The notes beneath the pieces are model-generated. The model had not been told where the DNA came from and searched no databases. It saw only the letters and a list, made by a program, of their open reading frames with translations. A DNA stretch of 64,000 nucleotides, from positions 138,880,001 to 138,944,000 of the forward strand of contig OX597815.1 of NCBI GenBank assembly GCA_951406725.2, in the 5' to 3' direction. The position numbers were made by a program, and so were the translations under genes. This stretch comes from Octopus vulgaris. Taxonomy: Eukaryota. Positions 56,223-64,000 of the stretch are shown in pieces; within the stretch, counting starts at the first letter, position 1, and the number at the start of each line of letters is the position of its first letter.

Positions 56223-57164
56223 CCTTAAACTAAGGTAAATACTACCGGGTGGGGTGGGGGTGGGGGTAATGGTATGAAATTGAGCCGCAGTGACGAATAC
56301 GAGTTTATTATAAACTATAAAACACAGATCCTTGGTTTAATGAAATTATCGCTGCTTCTAGAGATAGAACAATTACTTGGTGGTAACTGAGAAGAAATCC
56401 AGAGAAGGTTCGTTATTATCAAGAATGAATAATTCTCCAAAATAAACAATGCCATTAGGGAAAATATAATGTGATTGTCTAAATGAAAACATGCGTGCAT
56501 ATATGTGTGTACGAGCGTGCACACACACACACTCACACACATACACGCACACGTGTATATTTGGTATTCGCGTGAGAGATGATAAGAATCCCATTCGAAT
56601 TGAGAAACGATAACTACATATGGAATAGTGTACCAATAATGGATAGGACATCTATTTGTAGGAAACTATTTGAAAGATCACATGGTCTGAAAATCTACCA
56701 GGTTAATATGAAGGCCGTGCAGATTGTGAAAGTTCCATAGCGTACAGGAACCAACCTTGATGAGATGCAGATACAATGAATGAACCTCGATTTTCCAGGC
56801 TTCTCCACAAGCCTCATACCTACGCTGAGTAACGAAGTACCGTCGAGCTAACAAAGAGGTGTCATAGCTCCAGTTTTTCGAAGATGCCGTTCAAACCTTG
56901 AAGGCAAGGCCCAAGAGTGATGCTGATCGGTTGCGTCAAGATGTAGACAACCATCATGATCAATGTTGAAGCCGAGTGTTTCGAAATTCTGTCAGTGTAG
57001 TTGCTGCAAGTATTTCCAAAATATATATCATTATAAAGAACAAACGATATCAGGATCGTTTATTATAGATATTCCATTTCTTTCTGCAACTTTTGGAATA
57101 CAGAGCAGTAACCTTCAGTTTTTCAGAAAAGTAGAGATCTACAGAGGAATGTGTTCGAAATAAG

Positions 57165-57498
57165 GGTAATAAGTAAGGACCGCCTTCGGTCATTTATGAC
57201 CATGGGATTGCACTTAGAAAGTTCCCCTGCGGGTAACAAGTCCGGGCAAAGCTGTTTATGGAAGACCAGCAGTCGCCCATGCATATCAGCCTCTTCTCTT
57301 CATGCCACTGATGTTATCCAGAGATATTACTGCTTGGCACCAATAACGATGCAACTCATTTTTACAGTTGAGTGAACTGGAACAATATGAAATAAAGTAT
57401 CTTGCTCAAGAACTCGATACAGAGCTCAGTCCTGCAATCGATCTCATTACCTCATGATAGTGAATCCGACGCTCTAAACACTGAGCCATGCGCCTTCA
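57165..57498 (-). mobile_element. tRNA-derived SINE family C
   Basis: Minus strand starts GGCGCATGGCTCAGTGTTTAGAGCG (A box), has a degenerate B box and a central TTCTTGAGCAAGATACTTTATTTC core. Confidence 0.75.
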
Positions 57499-59199
57499 CG
57501 TGGAGACAAGATATACATAAAATATATGAAGTATACTTTTGATCCAAAATTTTAAACTTTTCAGAATTTGGTTTTGTTATTCAAGAATTTGCGTAGAGCA
57601 ATTGCTTTTGTGAGGCGGACAAAACAGTAGATATTTCTAAACTGGTTCTGCATTTATAAGCACTAACCACCTTAGCATAATTTTCTATAGATGTGAAAGT
57701 GATGCAGATAAGTAACCGTATTTTTACTTTCAATGTATAGATTTATGAAATAACCGTAATAGATCTACTTTTTTTATTTCAGTAAAATTTGGTAAAATAA
57801 ATTTGGGCACAAGAAAAAATAAAAGAATCGGTGAAATACCTACCTGTCAAGAAGTAGTGAGCATGAATTTTTCTCCATTCTTTGAATTTATCGTCTTGTA
57901 CCACTATAGGACATCATTATTTCTTTTAGTATTATTGTTCGTTGCCCTGCATCTAAATATTACTGATAGGGTATTTTAAGGGAAATGTTTAGTATTTTAG
58001 GAGCGGTGTGAAGCTGATAATGACGATAGAATTTTATATATCCTTTTTGCGAGTGGAATGCATGATTAACTGGTACACGGAGTCTTTGCAACCATTAATT
58101 AGTGTTAACATTTCTATTCTGTTTAGAAATGAACTTCTAGGTTTAATATACCCTAAAGGCCATTATATTCTCAGCACGTTCAGGTTGCACAAATACTTCT
58201 GTTGATACTCAAGTCAGCGTCTCCAGCGTATTCTTAAACTGCCACGATGACAATAAATGACACGTAGCCTATAAATGATTCAAATTTAGCAAGAATCATT
58301 CTAGCAGAGGAATCTCATCATACTGTGATTCTCCTACTACTAATTAAGAAAGGAAAGGAAATTGGTTGAACTAGCGATGTGTCTATATTTGATGGAATTA
58401 TAGATATAAACAGGCGTGGAAGGGAAATGTCAATCTAGTGATTCATCTATTCAACTGAATAAAAGAAATTTAAAACTACCGCCATCACCACCAATAACTA
58501 ATACCATCAAAATGGTCGTCACCACTACCACAACCACTGCAACCACGACGAACATCAAGAACAAACTTTAGAACATAGTCTCGTAAGACTACACATAGTG
58601 TCGTCGTTGTCAAGTGCAGTTATACATAAACATTCATGAGGATATCCAGGTAGGCAAATCTACTCATGAAGTTCTACGTCTTTTCTTCAGTGCCAGAAAA
58701 TAATTCAGCTCAGACCTCTGTCTCTCTTCATGTAATATTGTTCACATATTTGGAACGACACACCTACTACAAACATAAACCTTTTGTACGACATCTTAGA
58801 AAATATGGTCCTTACTTATTACCCTTCTTATGGTTTCGTGTGCATTGTGACGGAATGTCTATGATTAATATAATTTTGGTAAATTAATGGGAGAAGAACG
58901 CAAAATATTTAGCTATAATACACGATTATGAAATTTTTCTAAATGCGTAATGCGAATGTCACTAAGAATCTTGCCAAGCGAAAATCATAATTAATTTAAT
59001 TATGATCATATTCCAACACATAGCTCTTTTCTTTTACACCACCCACGTAAATTTGATGATACTCTACGTCGTTCATGTGAATAATATTATAGAATAGTGT
59101 TCGCATAGCTTAAACAATATTGCTGGGCACTCAAAGATATTTCAGATTACTTCAGGAAAAGGGCCATACGAATGATTGACATAAAATTTCTCACTGACA

Positions 59200-59480
59200 T
59201 GCTCTTGTCCTTGGCCTATAGTTGCTCTCTTCTATCTGTGACATATCTACCACAATTATACTGGTTTCTTCTCCTGTAAGCTAGAGGGATACATGCCACG
59301 CCATTCAGACATTTGCCTCCCATGCGTCTCATTTTTTACCACCCTCGCTGTGTCCAACTCAGTCAGACTCTCAAACAGACTTTACTACCCAATACTTTCT
59401 TTCTAGATTATCAGCTCTGAAATAGCTTCTCTGCTGACATCTTTCCATAAGGTGTTGAGGCACAGAGCGTTCAGTTCTCT
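59200..59480 (+). mobile_element. Possible old CR1/Jockey-group LINE 3' end
   Basis: Faint motifs YTGFFSCKLEGYMP, HPRCVQ and NSFSADIFP. Confidence 0.35.
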
Positions 59481-59553
59481 TCAATCTCCCTGGGCTAGAA
59501 GTTTATGCAACAGCTGTGGTCACTTGTTATTCTTCTAGACCCAGCATGTAAAA

Positions 59554-59705
<152 letters not shown>

Positions 59706-60732
59706 GACAGCGGCCGCAAATTGCAATGCAAAATTCAACTCATCCTAACCAACAACTGTAACACGTTTAGCTCCAACTGTATCCCATATCATTATCTGTT
59801 TTATCTGGAATATTTCGATTTCTTACAATTTGAATCATTTCAGATATATTCTCTGTTAATTTGTATAAAATAGTTGAGGATTAAAAATAAGTCACAAGAG
59901 CTGTGTTTGGAAAAGTGAAACTTTTTCTTGAGCACACATTACATCTACCATGATTGTTATTGTTCCGTTTATGTGTAGACAAATCGCAGTCATTATTCAG
60001 AGTGCGTGTGATTAATTAAATGATTTTTACGTAAGAGTGTCAAATTAAAACTTTGTAATCGTATTTGTTACAGTTCTGCTAATGGTGGAATGCGTAACGC
60101 CAGAAAATACATGTATTTGATATTTTCTATATTTCAGAATATTTGTCATTGAATCTTTTCTATTAGGCATTTTGTGTTTCTGAGTTTTGTCTTATGATTT
60201 ATCGTCTTACATTTAGATTTTTAGAGAAAAAGAAATGAACTCATTTAAGAATTGCTGTTTCTCACGTTATTCTTGTTGTGCTTGTAGTGTTAATTTTAAG
60301 AGTAAAGAGTATTTCTATTACAATACATCGCAACTTCGAGTGTAATTGTTAAGGAAATATTTTAGCATGCAATTATTTCTTTATTTCAGGAAAATGATTA
60401 TATCAAATATTCATATTCTAAAATTCAACAAAAATAAAAGAAAATCCTAAAACGGTAACAAATCCTCTCGTCAAATGAACGAACAATTAGAACATGATTC
60501 CAATACTCATTAAAGTATATCAATTTGTGAAACTCTAACACATGGTTTGAAATGCACACTTATTGTGAATTTTACACCAAAAGTCGCTAATAATGTTTCC
60601 CACATGATTCAAAATCAGTGAGGCCATTCATAACAATGTATGACATATTTCCATAATTTAACAACACTATTTAAAATAAGGGACGTAATGTTCTGGTTAG
60701 ACTGGTGGAAAATAGAACAGAGCGCCCTAATA

Positions 60733-60767
<35 letters not shown>

Positions 60768-60789
60768 AATAATAATAATAATAATAATG

Positions 60790-60823
<34 letters not shown>

Positions 60824-61126
60824 GTGCCCTGATGCAGTACCAGGCAGTGGCTCTCATGGCTTCTGATCTTAACTGATTGGAAGTGTTATCAAGTACATTG
60901 GTTTGTCTTGGTATAAAAGATGGGCTACAGCAAATATTCTGTTCAATACCACAGATTTGCTTGTTAGTTGTTTGACCGTAACCAGTTGAGCATGTCCCTT
61001 GGTGGCTGACGATATGTGCATCTCTGATCACAAGCAGAAGTAGTGGGGGAGCATCATAGCCATGGGTTGAGAGGGATTCTTTGGGGTTTGAATAATTCAC
61101 CTTTGGAAGCATGGGTGTTTTGTTCA
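60824..61126 (+). mobile_element. 5' part of the ~550-bp (AAT)n-targeted repeat
   Basis: Matches 17057-17328; preserves an extra 5' segment GTGCCCTGATGCAGTACCAGGCAGT. Confidence 0.85.
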
Positions 61127-61925
61127 TTTTCATTAATTTACGTGTTCTTCCAAAATACTATTCCTGCCCCATTCCCATTAAAGCAACCCCCACGCATTAA
61201 TTACTCTAATCTTATATCCGCCATTTAGCTTCGATTGATACACACAAGCCGAATTCTCAAATACTCTTTCCTCTATATTTCTTTCATCTTGTGTTCATTC
61301 ATCTTATCTCTTTCAATGATAACCAGGTATTTATATATCTTCTCTCCGACTTCCTTTATAGTTGCGTCACTTTCCAGCTTGATCCCATGATTTTCTCCCT
61401 CTTGAGAATCATTACACCATATTTCTCGATCCCAAATTCCTTGCCAATATCTTTGCTAATCATCTGCACAGTTGCTCTCAAACTCTCAATTTATTTCTCA
61501 GTCTTAGCAAATAGCTTTAGTTCATCCATAAACCGCAGGTTTACCCTGCCTAGCATGTACTCCACACACTTCTTTCTTAAAATGCTGGTTATTGTCAGTA
61601 TGCAGACAACAAACAGGAGAGGTGACACACTGTCCCTTGAAAGATTCCTCTTTTGATATTTACTTCTCCCAGCTTATATTTCCATGCTGTGAATTCAGTT
61701 CGCCGCGTTGCCATTGTATTTTGTATTAACTTCAGCATGTTGTGGGAGACCTTAAGCAGTTTAAGGCATTCAACTTAAGCAGTTTAAGGCATTCAATAAT
61801 CCACGAGTGTAGGACCATGAAATATTTATGTGTCTCTTCTTGCAGTCAGTCAGGATAATCTTATCGATTAGTAATTGCTCCTTCGTTCCTCTGCTCTTAC
61901 GTCTGCGCCCCTTTTGTTCCACTTA
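61127..61925 (-). mobile_element. R4/Dong RT fragment
   Basis: VNIKRGIFQGDSVSP, MDELKLFAK, ISKDIGKEFGIEK and RTRKLMKM. Confidence 0.85.
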
Positions 61926-61927
61926 TT

Positions 61928-62003
<76 letters not shown>

Positions 62004-62154
62004 CATTATTATTATTATTATTATTATTATCATCATCATCATTATTGTTATTGTTAAACTTTTCATTATTATTCTTATGCAGCCAACAGATTAGACTTTT
62101 GGAAACGAAAAGATTCCTAACATCGAACTACAAGTTGCCTTAGAAGTGAATAAC

Positions 62155-62235
<81 letters not shown>

Positions 62236-63460
62236 CATTATTATTATTGTTGATGTTGTTGTTGTTTCTGTTGCTGTTGATGTTATTGTAGATGTTGTTA
62301 GTCTGTGTGGTGCCCTAAAGGACACAAATTTCATAATATTGATTTGCTGTCGTCTATTTTCCTATCTATATAGAATTATGGTAGCAACGGCGCCCAGTAT
62401 CCAACGAGGAGGTAGCGGGAAGATCTTCTCATACAACTATAAACTGCATAGAGGATTGACTTACACGAGAACAACAAGAATAACAAAGCAATAACTTTAA
62501 TTGGTTAAGAGAACTAGTTTAACAACACAGTCAACAACGACACCTGTATGAAAAACAAAAAAGGAAGCGACAGGAAGACCAGCAACAGTAATAGCTCTCT
62601 ATATTATTACTCGCCCGACAACGACACAAACAACAACAATAACAATTACCTTGGAAGTTGATACTTATTGTAATAATCATTACAGACGCAATTGAATAAT
62701 TGAATAATTGCAATCTCTAAAACTTTCATTTACTGGAATTCTTCAAATCTAAAATTTGTTTTCTAAATCTTAAATCGACCTATAATTATCCACTTTGGTA
62801 ATAGCTTAAACTGCTGTTTATATAGCTATTTAATATTCTATTCTATCAATTGAGGAGAGAAAATCCAGTACGCCTCTTCTGATTAGCAGAGAACAAACTT
62901 TGAATATTCCCCCCACATATTTGTACATAGAAAGCATAGAATGAATGTGTTTGTATTCTTACAATTTTTTAAACAGGTTTTGAACTATTAGAATAATAAT
63001 TACATATAGACGCCATCGAATTACTTTATATTACTGTCTCGTTATTATAGATACTTGCAGTTGTTTTGGGGAGTTGCAATATTATTTAATGACATGCCGT
63101 GGCATTAGTTTTTCAGTCAGCTTTGTTGGTTGGCACGGGAGTTTATGCATTGTCACCCATTGTGAAGATACAAGGAAGAGACATTATTTAATAGTTTTAG
63201 TTTAAAATACTGACATATTGAACAGTAAATTTGTTGGCTAAATCTGCCATGTTTTTATTTATACACTATGTAGTTCACTATGTCAATTTCATCATTGTAG
63301 CATCAGCACTTTGGATCTATTCTATTTATTTTTATCCCATTGGCTTGGTAGTTCTGGGATAATAAGTTTTGATTTTGAGAAGCTACGATGAAGTCTTGAC
63401 AACCCGCCATTAGACCTCAACTTCGTAGCTATTGATGGGTGTATTTTGTTGTTGTTGTTG

Positions 63461-63527
<67 letters not shown>

Positions 63528-63555
63528 CATTATTATTATTATTATTATTATTATT

Positions 63556-63650
63556 AAGTGAGAGAGTAGCACATGTCATCAAAATGACACTGGGGTACAA
63601 GTGTACGAAGCCCAATATACCTATCGTCACTGTCCGTCTGATAAAGGTGA
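63556..63650 (-). mobile_element. 3' end of the ~550-bp repeat, with its (AAT)n tail at 63447-63555
   Basis: Reverse complement matches 17490-17580. Confidence 0.75.
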
Positions 63651-63943
63651 TGCCGCTAATTTTACTATACTGCAGGTGCAGACATGACGATGTCTGCTAT
63701 CTTCCGACATCTAGTCCGAGAACGTGTTCCTAAGAATAAAGAAAATAACTGATGTCACTGTCAGACCAATATTACTGCATGATTGAATTGACCAGTAGAC
63801 GCGTATCATCTAAAAACTATCTTCGATTTGTTTCACGTCCCTTTACTCTTGTCTAGATGCCTGATAAGATAGGGTCGTTCTGCGAGCTCGCGAAATTTTA
63901 AGTTCGTTGAAACTGAGTCAAACATTTCTCAAAAGTGTGTATT

Positions 63944-63988
<45 letters not shown>

Positions 63989-64000
63989 AAAAAAAAAGAA

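Noticed and set aside
57400-57498. tRNA gene
   Set aside because: Degenerate B box, no cloverleaf, and it continues into a SINE body.
63860-63925. Hammerhead-like CTGATAAG...GAAACTGAGTC
   Set aside because: Core mutated, and no stem II adjoining both conserved boxes.

Overview
AT-rich, repeat-saturated eukaryotic DNA, most likely non-genic or intronic sequence from an octopus or related coleoid cephalopod (inferred from the SINE families and the density of (TA)n, (CA)n, (AAT)n and (ATGT)n arrays). I found no intact host protein-coding gene, tRNA, rRNA or CRISPR array; nearly all ORFs in the track are microsatellite translations or decayed TE fragments. The window holds R4/Dong-type LINE pieces tied to (AAT)n, RTE and CR1-group LINE ends, several tRNA-derived SINE families, mariner/Tc1/pogo remnants, MITEs and a solo LTR with TSD. 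It also holds several Penelope-like element (PLE) remnants tied to (TA)n, some with minimal hammerhead ribozymes (HHRs). Most notable: (1) a ~430-bp fold-back with a divergent HHR on each strand; (2) a PLE GIY-YIG endonuclease whose GIY-to-YIG linker is expanded by ~140 low-complexity codons; (3) an RTE derivative with the endonuclease N-terminus fused in frame to the C-terminal zinc finger; (4) a 90-bp palindrome at an RTE/PLE junction; (5) a structured ~550-bp non-coding, (AAT)n-targeted retroelement in three copies. All calls were made by eye, with no database search or folding run.
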